Below are positions 38,814 through 48,336 of a stretch of DNA of 64,000 bases, in pieces. Each line of letters begins with the position of its first letter. Position 1 is the first letter of the stretch. The position numbers and the translations under genes were made by a program. The DNA lies in the IMG/VR virus record IMGVR_UViG_3300024350_000006. One strand, given 5' to 3'. The stretch comes from a virus. Below the pieces are notes generated by a model. That model ran no database searches and was not told the DNA's origin. It saw nothing but the letters and a program-made list of their open reading frames with translations.

Positions 38814-39000
38814 GCTAGAAGATGATGTTCTTGACGACGTAACCGAAGAAGACTATGTGTTTATAGTGGGGCCAGACGGCAACCTTAAAAGTATAGTGCT
38901 TCCTCAAAATTATAGTCATAACTCTATGACAGACTCCATCAAAACACTTATTAAAAGTTTTGGTGTGACGGACTTACATACTCAACAAACTCTACATTAA
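38788..39000 (+). CDS. Small acidic hypothetical protein
   Basis: ORF track. Confidence 0.6.
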   Translation: MRPSEHTFELEDDVLDDVTEEDYVFIVGPDGNLKSIVLPQNYSHNSMTDSIKTLIKSFGVTDLHTQQTLH

Positions 39001-39018
39001 TTTCTATAAGGAGCTCCT

Positions 39019-39264
39019 ATGTTAAAAACCTGGACACTGCGCCGGCCCACTGTGGTCTTTGACGCTAACAACGAAGCACATCGCCAAGCATTTTATGAAT
39101 TTACTAAACGTGGTAGCAGCTGGGGTGATTGCAAATTCAATTTTATTCTAGAAGAACCCTACAACGATCTTATAACAAATATACACCATAAAATTGTTGC
39201 CTGGTATATGCAAAAAGAGTTTGAGACAAAAACTTCCAGCCGTACTGTAAAAGTTAAACAATAA
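39019..39264 (+). CDS. Hypothetical protein
   Basis: AAGGAG SD. Confidence 0.7.
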   Translation: MLKTWTLRRPTVVFDANNEAHRQAFYEFTKRGSSWGDCKFNFILEEPYNDLITNIHHKIVAWYMQKEFETKTSSRTVKVKQ

Positions 39265-39280
39265 GCAACAAAAACTTTGG

Positions 39281-39309
39281 TTGACATTAACCAGCTTGTC
39301 TAGTATTAT
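39281..39309 (+). promoter_or_regulatory. Sigma70-type promoter TTGACA-N17-TATTAT
   Basis: Consensus -35, 17 nt spacer. Confidence 0.8.
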
Positions 39310-39336
39310 TGCTGAACATTAACTAGTGAGGTACTT

Positions 39337-39633
39337 ATGTCACAGCTAACTATCCAGGATGTTAATTCAGCAATTATGTTTGGCTCGTTTACAAATGAGC
39401 AACTAGAAAGTATTGCCTCTGCTGTAAAATTTCGTCGCGGTGAAATCGCTAAGTCAGTCAAACGCAATGTTACTAAAGGTGCAACTGTTAAGTTTTACAA
39501 TAACCGCCTTGGTCGTGAAATGATTTGTACTGTAGAAAAAGTTGCAATAAAGTTTATCACTGTACGCGAGCAGTCAGCTAAAATGGGCGGTTTGTGGCGT
39601 GTTCCTGCAAGTATGCTATCTGTTGTTGAGTAA
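39337..39633 (+). CDS. Hypothetical early protein, SH3-like C-terminus
   Basis: GAGG SD; WRVPASML. Confidence 0.75.
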   Translation: MSQLTIQDVNSAIMFGSFTNEQLESIASAVKFRRGEIAKSVKRNVTKGATVKFYNNRLGREMICTVEKVAIKFITVREQSAKMGGLWRVPASMLSVVE

Positions 39634-39639
39634 GCAACT

Positions 39640-39756
39640 ATGTTAGCAAAATTGCAAAATTATTTAAAAAACAATTGGATCCTAGCACTTGAAGTTGCTA
39701 TAATTGCAATTGGTGCTCCCTATTACTTCTACGTACTTTTTATAACTTTTTTCTAA
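39640..39756 (+). CDS. 38 aa single-TM microprotein (MLAKLQNYLKNNWILALEV...)
   Basis: Manual translation. Confidence 0.45.
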   Translation: MLAKLQNYLKNNWILALEVAIIAIGAPYYFYVLFITFF

Positions 39757-39762
39757 TTCTGG

Positions 39763-39791
39763 TTGACAATAACAGACCAAATTGCTATAAT
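39763..39791 (+). promoter_or_regulatory. Perfect sigma70 promoter TTGACA-N17-TATAAT with extended -10 TG
   Basis: Exact consensus. Confidence 0.9.
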
Positions 39792-39822
39792 AGCGGTACC
39801 GTAACTAAACAAGGAGCAGAAA

Positions 39823-40227
39823 ATGTCCAAGACTTTTACTATTGCAGGAATTGCAACAAAAGACGGCGTTACCCGCTTGCACGTGAGCAACGGTGATCCT
39901 ACCCAACGTGCTCGTATCCTAGCTCGCCAGGGCTGGACAGATATCACTTTTGTGTCTTTGCCTAAACAAATGGAGCGTCAGGCGGCAGTAGACTATCTAG
40001 CTACTCGTGGTATGGCTGTAGCAGAAAAACCTGCTCGTGCTAGCAAGGCAGCAAAGCCTGCTACTACTAAGTCAGCTAAAAAAACAGATGTTGTTAAAGT
40101 TACTAAGTCTAAAAAACGTGTGGGTGATGCACCACGTGCAGGACAGAGTGTAGAAGAATTTGTCAAGCTCTGGTTCGCAGATCGCGAAGATCGTGCCCGT
40201 GCTAAGTTTCCAGAAATCTTTAACTAA
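39823..40227 (+). CDS. Basic K/A-rich early protein
   Basis: AAGGAG SD; histone-like KAAKPATTKSAKK linker. Confidence 0.75.
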   Translation: MSKTFTIAGIATKDGVTRLHVSNGDPTQRARILARQGWTDITFVSLPKQMERQAAVDYLATRGMAVAEKPARASKAAKPATTKSAKKTDVVKVTKSKKRVGDAPRAGQSVEEFVKLWFADREDRARAKFPEIFN

Positions 40228-40238
40228 GCGAGGACTAG

Positions 40239-40388
40239 ATGGATATTCAACTTGAATGCCGTAGTGTTCTAGGTGGTTGGCAGACCTATATCCGTGGTAC
40301 TGAGGTAGCCCTGGGTCCGGTGTTTAACGATACCCCGGCACTCTGGGCCTGGCAAAGTAAAAATATTTTTAATCTTTTAAAATCATAA
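40239..40388 (+). CDS. 49 aa microprotein (MDIQLECRSVLGGW...)
   Basis: GAGGA SD; manual translation. Confidence 0.6.
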   Translation: MDIQLECRSVLGGWQTYIRGTEVALGPVFNDTPALWAWQSKNIFNLLKS

Positions 40389-40519
40389 TGGTTAAGATAG
40401 TATACAATAAGCTTCTAGGTGGATGGTATGTTGTTCGTGGAGCACATCAGACACCCCTAAGTACTCGATTTAAATCACGGGCCGCTGCCCAAAACTGGCT
40501 AAGGAGTCGCTGTGGATAA
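40388..40519 (+). CDS. 43 aa microprotein (MVKIVYNKLLGGW...)
   Basis: TAATG coupling; manual translation. Confidence 0.6.
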   Translation: MVKIVYNKLLGGWYVVRGAHQTPLSTRFKSRAAAQNWLRSRCG

Positions 40520-40664
40520 TTTTTTAGTAGAAATAGAATATGATCCTGTGTATAATAGTTACTTGGCTTGCTACTCAAATGGACAGGTAATTCAGCTGGG
40601 AGCTACTACCTATCACGATGCAGTGCTAGAGGCAGACACAATTGAACCCTATGAATATGAGTAA
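40512..40664 (+). CDS. 50 aa acidic microprotein (GTG start)
   Basis: AAGGAG at 40501; manual translation. Confidence 0.55.
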   Translation: MDNFLVEIEYDPVYNSYLACYSNGQVIQLGATTYHDAVLEADTIEPYEYE

Positions 40665-40836
40665 TTTTTCCTGGCCCCGCGCAATTGCAGTCTACTATAT
40701 AATCTGTGGTTGTTTTGGTGTAGTCTATATGCTCAAGGCACTGCACAAAGAACCCGCTGAACCTAGATGCTCTTTCTCAGAGTTATCTCGTCCGGAAATT
40801 CCTCGTTGCGAAATATATAGGACACGTAAAATATGA
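40657..40836 (+). CDS. Small TM protein
   Basis: ORF track; hydrophobic N-terminus. Confidence 0.5.
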   Translation: MSNFSWPRAIAVYYIICGCFGVVYMLKALHKEPAEPRCSFSELSRPEIPRCEIYRTRKI

Positions 40837-41051
40837 ACGCAAAGGTAGCTGCAACCAAGCCCAAAGCTTCACTGTCACGTAAACGCCAGATTGAACAGAA
40901 AAAGGCTGAAGCTGAGGAACCAGAACTTACAAAATTTACTTGTACTAGCTGTCAGAAGACCTACTTCGACACTGGACTTTATTTTTACGGCGTAAAATCC
41001 ACTCGCTGTCTCTGGTGTACTAAATTTCCTCCCTTTAAAAAACATAGCTAG
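40833..41051 (+). CDS. Small zinc-ribbon protein
   Basis: CTSC...CLWC. Confidence 0.65.
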   Translation: MNAKVAATKPKASLSRKRQIEQKKAEAEEPELTKFTCTSCQKTYFDTGLYFYGVKSTRCLWCTKFPPFKKHS

Positions 41052-41140
41052 ATCTAAATAAACCCTAGCCATTGCACGATGCCCGCCCCGAGCGGGCATC
41101 GCCACATTTCAGCTAAATACTACATTAGCGAGATCCAACA

Positions 41141-44100
41141 ATGGCAAAACAAACAATAAACCTTGGCTCAGGGCCAGACAGCTACACTGGCGATAGTTTA
41201 AACGTAGCCTTCACTAAAATAAACGAAAACTTTACCGAGCTCTATGCTGGTAATTCCGTGGGTAACATAAGATCCAGCGGCAACATTATTGCCAACACCA
41301 GCCTCAGAACCGACGGGTTCATACGTGGTGACAGCCTGGAAATTATTTCCAATGCCTCAGTACTGGGTACTATTTCAGCCAATAACTTTACCTACGCCAA
41401 TGGTGTGGCACTGGGTAATTTCAGTAATGTCACTATTAATACTTCGGGAAATATCTCAGGTAACACAATTTCAGCTAATTCATTCTCGGGCTCAGGTACC
41501 TTCACTGATGTCGTAGTCACTGGCAACCTATCAGTCAACGGCACTACTACCTATATTGATGTCACTAGAACTAATATCTCGGACCCCATCGTGGAAATTG
41601 GTGGGAACACGGCTGGTGGCGCACTGACCAGTAACGACACCAAGGATCGAGGGTTCATATTACACTACTATAATGGTGCTGCCCGTGATGCCTTCCTGGG
41701 CTGGGACGTTAGTAGTAGCGAATTTAGAATCGCAAGTAACGCCATTGTGGTCAACAATGAAGTACTGTTATACAATACCTACGCCAACGTGCGAGCTGGA
41801 TACTTTATAGGTAACGGAAGTCAGCTTACAGGAATAACAAGCTATGCTAATTCTAATGTTGTGGCCTACGCAGCGGCTGGCTGGTCTGGTAATATCATAC
41901 CAAATGCTAATAGTACCTACACACTAGGTAACTCAACAAATCAGTGGAAAAGCTTATATGTAAGCAATAATACAATTTTTATTGATAATATCCCTATTAG
42001 TGTTTCTAATGGATCACTCAGCGTAAACAATCAACCAGTGGCAAGTACGGGTTGGTTCTCTTTTGATCAGGCCGTGATCAAGGGCAGTAGCGACTACCAG
42101 TATACTTTTAACTACGACGGTTATTTTAGTAGTTCTCAGAATACAGAAAGTCCCAACTACTTTTTTGTACCCTATAACACCGTTAATTCTCAGATTGAAG
42201 CTGGGTGGTTAGTACAAGGTTCTCTATGCGACACCACAGTGGCAAACACAGTGTATCCCGTGGGTGGTTATCCTGGTGTTATAAAAGTAAATCTAACTAC
42301 TCCAGCTTCGGGAACTGTTGGATTTTACCCAGTTACAGTTACAAGTCCGCAGCACCAACAGGTTAGATTGGAACCTGAGCCTGGTAGTGGTACACAATTT
42401 ATTTTTGACAACTCTGGTAACTTAACCTTGCCTGGTGGAGCCATTGTTGGTGGTTCTAGTTATGATATTAATCTAGTTGCTAGTGATGATGGCGTAGCCA
42501 CCGCTGGTACCATAAACATAAAGACTAATAACCCCGCTATTGGAGAATCTTTTTCTTGGCAGTTTAATTCACTGGGTGAAATAGAACTTCCGCAGGGTGG
42601 TTTGATTAAAGAAGGTGGTGGTCCATTTGGTAGTAGTATTACACTAGAACCAGCAAACATTACTGACGGTGATCAGGTGCTAGTTGTATATCCCACCTTT
42701 GCGGAAGGTAATCATTTACATCTTACCACAGGCAATCTCTACAACACTGAAATGTATCTGGGTAGCGACGACTATTATGTAAAGTTGACTAATAGCGGAA
42801 CTATTGTAGTTAATGCTAACGACAACACTAGCTCTCAGGCTACGTGGGAATTTATGCCTCTTGGCGATTTAAGACTTCCCCAAGGAGGCGTAATTGGCGA
42901 GACGGCGAATCCCGGAAGTTTTCCAGGTTCGGCCATTGGCCTACAACCAGATGGGTTCATAAATCTTAATCAAAAGCTTCTAGTATATCCCACTGGCGGC
43001 ACAGACTACAATCACCTGCATTTAACTTCTGGTGATCTGTATGATACTGAACTTTACTTGGGTAATGATAATCTCTATGTTAAATTAGCCAACACAGGCA
43101 ATGTGGAAATTCGTGCCGATGATAATTCAGGTAATAGTGCCCAGTGGACTTTGAGCAAAGACGGGAACATCACATTACCAACCAATATCTCTCGAATAAA
43201 CTATGCAAATGGTACAAGTATTCTAGAAGGGGTTAGCAGTAACTATGGTAATACCGAGGTCGCTGCTTATCTACCAACATATACAGGTAACTTGGCTGCC
43301 TCCCGGGCACAGGTGACCAACAGCCTAGATTTTATGTATGGTGGTTTTCCTCACTTTGGATGGCAGTTAGCTAACTCAGAAACTCTACAACTTCGAGTTA
43401 ACTTAGCATCGGGAGATCTTAATACTAATGTAGTCACTGTTGATAGGCAGAGTGGTAATGTAACTTTTGCTCAAAGTATTATAACAACCGACGGTATTTA
43501 CTGGAGCAATGGCAATGCCTACAGCACAGGTACCAGTTACACTGACAGTAATGTTACTTCATTATTGAGCTCCCTGGGCTCTAATGTAATTTCCACCACG
43601 GGTAACATTTCAGGTAACTTTGTTGCACCTGCTTCCACAGCCAACACACAAATACTGTTTAATAATTCCGGCAGAATAGGTGGTGTGCCACAGTTCACCT
43701 TTGATATAAATGGCAATACATTAACTCTGGCAGGTAGCTCAACACTTAAAGTGGCGGATATTCAAACACCTTCAGGTGCACTGAGACTGATACCTAGCTC
43801 GGGCATTACTTACAGCTACGGTAATTTCCATCCATTATTTGCCAATACTTACAGTCTAGGACAATCCTCAGGCCGCTGGCAGAGCTTCTTTGCAAACACC
43901 GCCAATGTTGTCACATTGGAAACAGAGGGCAATATCAGTACAGGTAACCTTATTACTGCTAATACAGGAAACGTAATTCTGGGTGGCGCAAATAGTTATC
44001 TGAAACAAAACAGTAGTAACGCACGTATTAATTTATCAGGTAGTATCACACTAACTCCTGACACTAATGCAGATGCTACCAATGGTGTTATAATTGGCGG

Positions 44101-46294
44101 CAATGGGTATCTGTTATCCTCTAGCGGCAGCAGAAATGCAGTCTTAAACTACGGTGGCGGTTCAGGCACAATGGGAATTTACACACTCAATGTCTATGGT
44201 AACACTGCCACTGCTATCCACAACGGCGGAGCCAACGGCGTGGGGAATATTGGTGGTAATACTTCCAATAGATTTAATACCTTGTTTGCTCTAGCTGCTG
44301 ATTTGACTGGTAATTTAACTGCTGGTAATATCCTAACAAATAATTTTTACTATGCTAATGGAACACCATTTGTTCCCGGCAGCACCTATACCGACAGCAA
44401 TGTAACATCGTTATTGGCTGCACTGGGCTCTAACTCCATCAGTACCACGGGCAACATCACGGCAGGTAATATCAGTGGCAATATTTCCATTACTGGAAAC
44501 GTAACTGGTACCAGCACTAACGTAACCTTGGTTGCAGGTAGTTACAGTTGGACATTTAACAATGCTGGTAATCTTGTACTACCTGGTAATACATTTAGCA
44601 TTAACTATGCCAACGGCGCAGCGGTGAGCCTAGGCAGTGGTGGTGCTGGTAATTATGGTGATAGCAATGTAGTATCTCTGTTAGGCGCCTACGGTTCTAA
44701 TACTATGACCACCACAGGAAACATCACAGGTGGTAATTTAATTGCTTACAGTACCATTTTTGGCAATCCGGATATTATATTAGGTAATACTGCCAATACT
44801 TCAGCTACCAAGACACGCATTGTATCCGATGCCGCATTTAGCTATATCCAAACAGGTAACGGAACTGCTGGTACTACGGGTAACATTGTATTTGCCCCAT
44901 ATGCATCTGCTACACAAAAAGTTGTAGTAGATACTTCTAGCGGCAACATCAGCACCATAGGCAACACTGCGTTTACCACAAATAATGGCTCCCTAGTGTT
45001 TAACACCGGCGCTTATATCAGTGGTAATGGTGCACCAATCTCCAGAGAAGGCAGTATTGTTTTATCACCCTACACAGGTGCAGGATCCACATTCCCTGGA
45101 GTTGTGATCGGCGGTGCTGGTAGATTGATGGCCCCAAATGGTAGTGTACATCAAATATTCAATCCTAGTGATGTTACAACGCAGGTAGCTAGCAAAATAA
45201 CAGTTGGCACATCTGCTACATCAACCACAACTGGTGCATTACAAGTCACAGGTGGTGTGGGCGTAAGTGGTAACATCTATGCAGGCGGCACTGCCACCAC
45301 AGGTGTTGGTGCATTGGTGGCTGGTGTTACAAACACATTGTTAGCTAATACCTCGGCTGGATTTACTGCCAATGTAAACAGCTATGCACAAGTCACGTTC
45401 CAAAATAAAAATACCGGTGCTGATGCCACGGCTGATTTTATTCTTACAGCAGATAACGGTTCCGATTCAGTAAACTACGGTGACTTTGGTATAATTAACT
45501 CGGGTTACGATAATGCTACACCCACCAACAGTCTGGGTAACATTGTCTATGCCGCCGACACCTACTTGTATGCACAGGGCAATGTTTCCAATTCAAGTCA
45601 GAGTGGTGGTAACCTTGTAATTGGTACCACCACTCCAGATAAAACAGTCAAGATATTTGCGGGTGGTGCTAATGTAAGTTCTCTAGTGGCCAATATCTCC
45701 AACGTGGGCGTTAGCATCACTGGCTCACTGACCACCACGGGAAATATCACCACAGCGAACATAACTGGTACTTCAGCCAATGTAACTATTACAGCCAACA
45801 ACTTTGTAAGTACTTTTGACACCACGGGCCTAGTCACACTGCCTGGTAACCTCACAGTGAACGGTAGTGGTGGTATCAAGATGCCCAACCTACCAGCGTT
45901 CCGTGTTTATGGTACTGTTAGTACTCAAATTACCGCGAACACTACAGTTAATTCAACACACGGTACCACAGTGGATTACAACCAAGGCAGTTATTACAAT
46001 AACACCACGGGCATATTCACTGCCCCCATAGCAGGTTTATATCATTGTTATGCCACATTGCGTGTTGGTACCAATAATGGTTTGAACCAGGCTAGCATAC
46101 AGAAAAATTCCAGCAGTTCTGGCGCTAATGTTGTAGCATTCTGGGAAACAGATACCAATACTGGAGTAGCCACACACTTCTCAATGACTGGTTACGCTAA
46201 ATGCGCAGTGGGTGATACCTTGAGATTGCAAGTAATATCAGGTAATATTAATTTAGACAGCAATGATAACTGGGGCGTCACCTATATAGGTTAA
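41141..46294 (+). CDS. Long tail fibre/adhesin with C-terminal C1q-like domain
   Basis: gp9/gp10-like N-terminus GDSL..AF.KINENFTELY, GNI-rich repeats, C-terminal PAFRVY...GIFTAPIAGLY. Confidence 0.85.
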   Translation: MAKQTINLGSGPDSYTGDSLNVAFTKINENFTELYAGNSVGNIRSSGNIIANTSLRTDGFIRGDSLEIISNASVLGTISANNFTYANGVALGNFSNVTINTSGNISGNTISANSFSGSGTFTDVVVTGNLSVNGTTTYIDVTRTNISDPIVEIGGNTAGGALTSNDTKDRGFILHYYNGAARDAFLGWDVSSSEFRIASNAIVVNNEVLLYNTYANVRAGYFIGNGSQLTGITSYANSNVVAYAAAGWSGNIIPNANSTYTLGNSTNQWKSLYVSNNTIFIDNIPISVSNGSLSVNNQPVASTGWFSFDQAVIKGSSDYQYTFNYDGYFSSSQNTESPNYFFVPYNTVNSQIEAGWLVQGSLCDTTVANTVYPVGGYPGVIKVNLTTPASGTVGFYPVTVTSPQHQQVRLEPEPGSGTQFIFDNSGNLTLPGGAIVGGSSYDINLVASDDGVATAGTINIKTNNPAIGESFSWQFNSLGEIELPQGGLIKEGGGPFGSSITLEPANITDGDQVLVVYPTFAEGNHLHLTTGNLYNTEMYLGSDDYYVKLTNSGTIVVNANDNTSSQATWEFMPLGDLRLPQGGVIGETANPGSFPGSAIGLQPDGFINLNQKLLVYPTGGTDYNHLHLTSGDLYDTELYLGNDNLYVKLANTGNVEIRADDNSGNSAQWTLSKDGNITLPTNISRINYANGTSILEGVSSNYGNTEVAAYLPTYTGNLAASRAQVTNSLDFMYGGFPHFGWQLANSETLQLRVNLASGDLNTNVVTVDRQSGNVTFAQSIITTDGIYWSNGNAYSTGTSYTDSNVTSLLSSLGSNVISTTGNISGNFVAPASTANTQILFNNSGRIGGVPQFTFDINGNTLTLAGSSTLKVADIQTPSGALRLIPSSGITYSYGNFHPLFANTYSLGQSSGRWQSFFANTANVVTLETEGNISTGNLITANTGNVILGGANSYLKQNSSNARINLSGSITLTPDTNADATNGVIIGGNGYLLSSSGSRNAVLNYGGGSGTMGIYTLNVYGNTATAIHNGGANGVGNIGGNTSNRFNTLFALAADLTGNLTAGNILTNNFYYANGTPFVPGSTYTDSNVTSLLAALGSNSISTTGNITAGNISGNISITGNVTGTSTNVTLVAGSYSWTFNNAGNLVLPGNTFSINYANGAAVSLGSGGAGNYGDSNVVSLLGAYGSNTMTTTGNITGGNLIAYSTIFGNPDIILGNTANTSATKTRIVSDAAFSYIQTGNGTAGTTGNIVFAPYASATQKVVVDTSSGNISTIGNTAFTTNNGSLVFNTGAYISGNGAPISREGSIVLSPYTGAGSTFPGVVIGGAGRLMAPNGSVHQIFNPSDVTTQVASKITVGTSATSTTTGALQVTGGVGVSGNIYAGGTATTGVGALVAGVTNTLLANTSAGFTANVNSYAQVTFQNKNTGADATADFILTADNGSDSVNYGDFGIINSGYDNATPTNSLGNIVYAADTYLYAQGNVSNSSQSGGNLVIGTTTPDKTVKIFAGGANVSSLVANISNVGVSITGSLTTTGNITTANITGTSANVTITANNFVSTFDTTGLVTLPGNLTVNGSGGIKMPNLPAFRVYGTVSTQITANTTVNSTHGTTVDYNQGSYYNNTTGIFTAPIAGLYHCYATLRVGTNNGLNQASIQKNSSSSGANVVAFWETDTNTGVATHFSMTGYAKCAVGDTLRLQVISGNINLDSNDNWGVTYIG
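42557..43144 (+). repeat. Tandem ~96-100 aa domain duplication within the fibre
   Basis: W.F..LG...LPQGG...VYPT...NHLHLT.G.LY.TE.YLG.D..YVKL occurs twice. Confidence 0.85.
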
Positions 46295-46297
46295 ACA

Positions 46298-46831
46298 ATG
46301 ACAATAAGAAAACTACATTCAAATAATATAACTGAAAATAGAGCAGATATCGCAACACAATATACCGAACTGTTTTTTGACGATGTGGCTAATTCTATAT
46401 TATTGCCTGATCCCACGGGATTATTAGAGACAAAGATAGGTGCTACTAGTTCAGGAACTGGGCTTAAAGGCTTTGCATCGGGTTATGTAGACGCAGGCAC
46501 GTTTATTACCCTAGACAATCTTAAGTTTAGTGTAACAACTGGCGGCAATAGAGGCCTGTGTTGTGCTACAGTAACAGGTTCAGTGAATCTTATGATCTCT
46601 GGAACATTTGGCTACATTAACGGCGTCGGTGGTGGTTCAACTAACGGAGGAACAGCGTACACTTATACCACAACTCCAAGCGGATCGTGGTTTGGTTGGA
46701 GTTTTCCCAATGCAGGTGATGGTGCTGTATATCTAGTTAATGATACTACAAACCAGCGTTTCTATAGAGTCACTATGATGATTGGTCCTAGCTATACAAA
46801 GAACTTTATCAGTATAGAACGATTAGGTTAA
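46298..46831 (+). CDS. Tail-fibre-associated protein
   Basis: G/T-rich beta domain in the fibre block. Confidence 0.65.
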   Translation: MTIRKLHSNNITENRADIATQYTELFFDDVANSILLPDPTGLLETKIGATSSGTGLKGFASGYVDAGTFITLDNLKFSVTTGGNRGLCCATVTGSVNLMISGTFGYINGVGGGSTNGGTAYTYTTTPSGSWFGWSFPNAGDGAVYLVNDTTNQRFYRVTMMIGPSYTKNFISIERLG

Positions 46832-46849
46832 AATAAATCAGGTTAAACA

Positions 46850-47635
46850 ATGGATATTAGAGGAGTTAATTTATCAGGTGTTGCCATACGAGACACCACT
46901 GTCAAGGGCACACTGGCTAACCCTGGTGTGTCTGCGCAGGACATCTACAATTCCGGACAGACTAGTTCAGGTTGGTACTATATAAAAACCAGCACTATGG
47001 GTAGTGCACGTCAGGTCTACTGTAATATGACTGACGAGAGTGGCGGCTGGATGCTGATAGCCTACACTCCTGGATTCACTGGCACTGGTGTGGCAGGCGT
47101 AACTGCTGGCCTGGGTTATCCTAACACCTGGGAGAATGGCGAAGGTACTTTAAACAAACTTCGTGCCAGCACAATGGATCTCTGGTACCATAATAGCACG
47201 GCACAGTGTTCACAGGTATTAAAGATGGCCAGTACTACGGCGAGTCAAACTCCACTGCTGGCTAGTATGAGTATAGCCAATAAAGTTATATACACCAATG
47301 CCAGTAATTTATCATTAAGTGCGGTGAGTAATTATCCAGCATTTGTAAATAATACCCCAATGACAGGTACCTGGTATCCAGTCAAAGGGCATACACAAAT
47401 GAACACTAGCCTGAGTGTAAATGCACCAGGTGATTGGATATATCAGGCTAACTCCTGGTGGACAGTTTGTGGACCTAGTACAGAATTGCAAGCTCAGGGT
47501 CGTTCGGGTAATGCACAGGGTACTGGTTCCTGGACTAGCCCATCAGCAAACAATCTCTACGGTATGTCTGATGTAACCGCTGTCACAAACAGTCTTCGTT
47601 CTGACATTAATAGCTACGCAGTCTACATAAAATAA
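46850..47635 (+). CDS. Fibrinogen-like-domain adhesin
   Basis: SGWYYIK...VYCNMTDESGGWMLI. Confidence 0.75.
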   Translation: MDIRGVNLSGVAIRDTTVKGTLANPGVSAQDIYNSGQTSSGWYYIKTSTMGSARQVYCNMTDESGGWMLIAYTPGFTGTGVAGVTAGLGYPNTWENGEGTLNKLRASTMDLWYHNSTAQCSQVLKMASTTASQTPLLASMSIANKVIYTNASNLSLSAVSNYPAFVNNTPMTGTWYPVKGHTQMNTSLSVNAPGDWIYQANSWWTVCGPSTELQAQGRSGNAQGTGSWTSPSANNLYGMSDVTAVTNSLRSDINSYAVYIK

Positions 47636-47644
47636 TTCAGATAT

Positions 47645-48331
47645 ATGATAATTCAAGGTGTATCATTAACAGGAACAAGAGTTGTTGATGCTTCTATTAT
47701 AACATCTAATCTTGCGATTTGGCTGGACGCTGACAATTCAACCAGCTATCCCGGAACAGGTACCAGCGTCTTTGATTTATCTGGTAACGGATATACACAT
47801 ACACTAAGTTCATCAGGAATCTATACCACACTCAGTGGTGTCAAATGTTTTGATTGTTCTAGCACGGGGGAGGTATCCGCCGCTGTGACTGGACCAATAC
47901 TACCCACCACGGGTTTTACCTACATTTGTTGGGGTAGATTGCTAAACAGTACATCGGGCTGGCGAACATTATGGAGGACCACACCAGATGACCATCCATT
48001 ATTAATAGAACTAGGGAGTAATCGCCTGGGTATGTACGACAATAACGGTGGTTTGTTTCAGTATTCTGGTTACACTGCCACTGGATTAGCAAATATTTGG
48101 GTGCAATATGCTGTGACGGGAACTAATACAGCACAAACATTTTACATTAATGGACAGCAGGTGGGAACCACTGCCTACGGTACTGGTGGAAATCGTCATA
48201 ATGAATGGGGTAGCACTGGTGGCGGACAACCGTTTGGGTATGTTGCTAATATGTTTTTATATTCTAAGATTCTCACACAAGAACAAATACAGCAAAACTA
48301 TTATGGTTTAAAAGGAAGGTTTGGTGTATAA
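47645..48331 (+). CDS. LamG/concanavalin-like lectin protein
   Basis: LDA..SYPG.G...DLSGNG, YINGQQV, YSKILTQEQIQQNY. Confidence 0.8.
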   Translation: MIIQGVSLTGTRVVDASIITSNLAIWLDADNSTSYPGTGTSVFDLSGNGYTHTLSSSGIYTTLSGVKCFDCSSTGEVSAAVTGPILPTTGFTYICWGRLLNSTSGWRTLWRTTPDDHPLLIELGSNRLGMYDNNGGLFQYSGYTATGLANIWVQYAVTGTNTAQTFYINGQQVGTTAYGTGGNRHNEWGSTGGGQPFGYVANMFLYSKILTQEQIQQNYYGLKGRFGV

Positions 48332-48336
48332 CTAAT

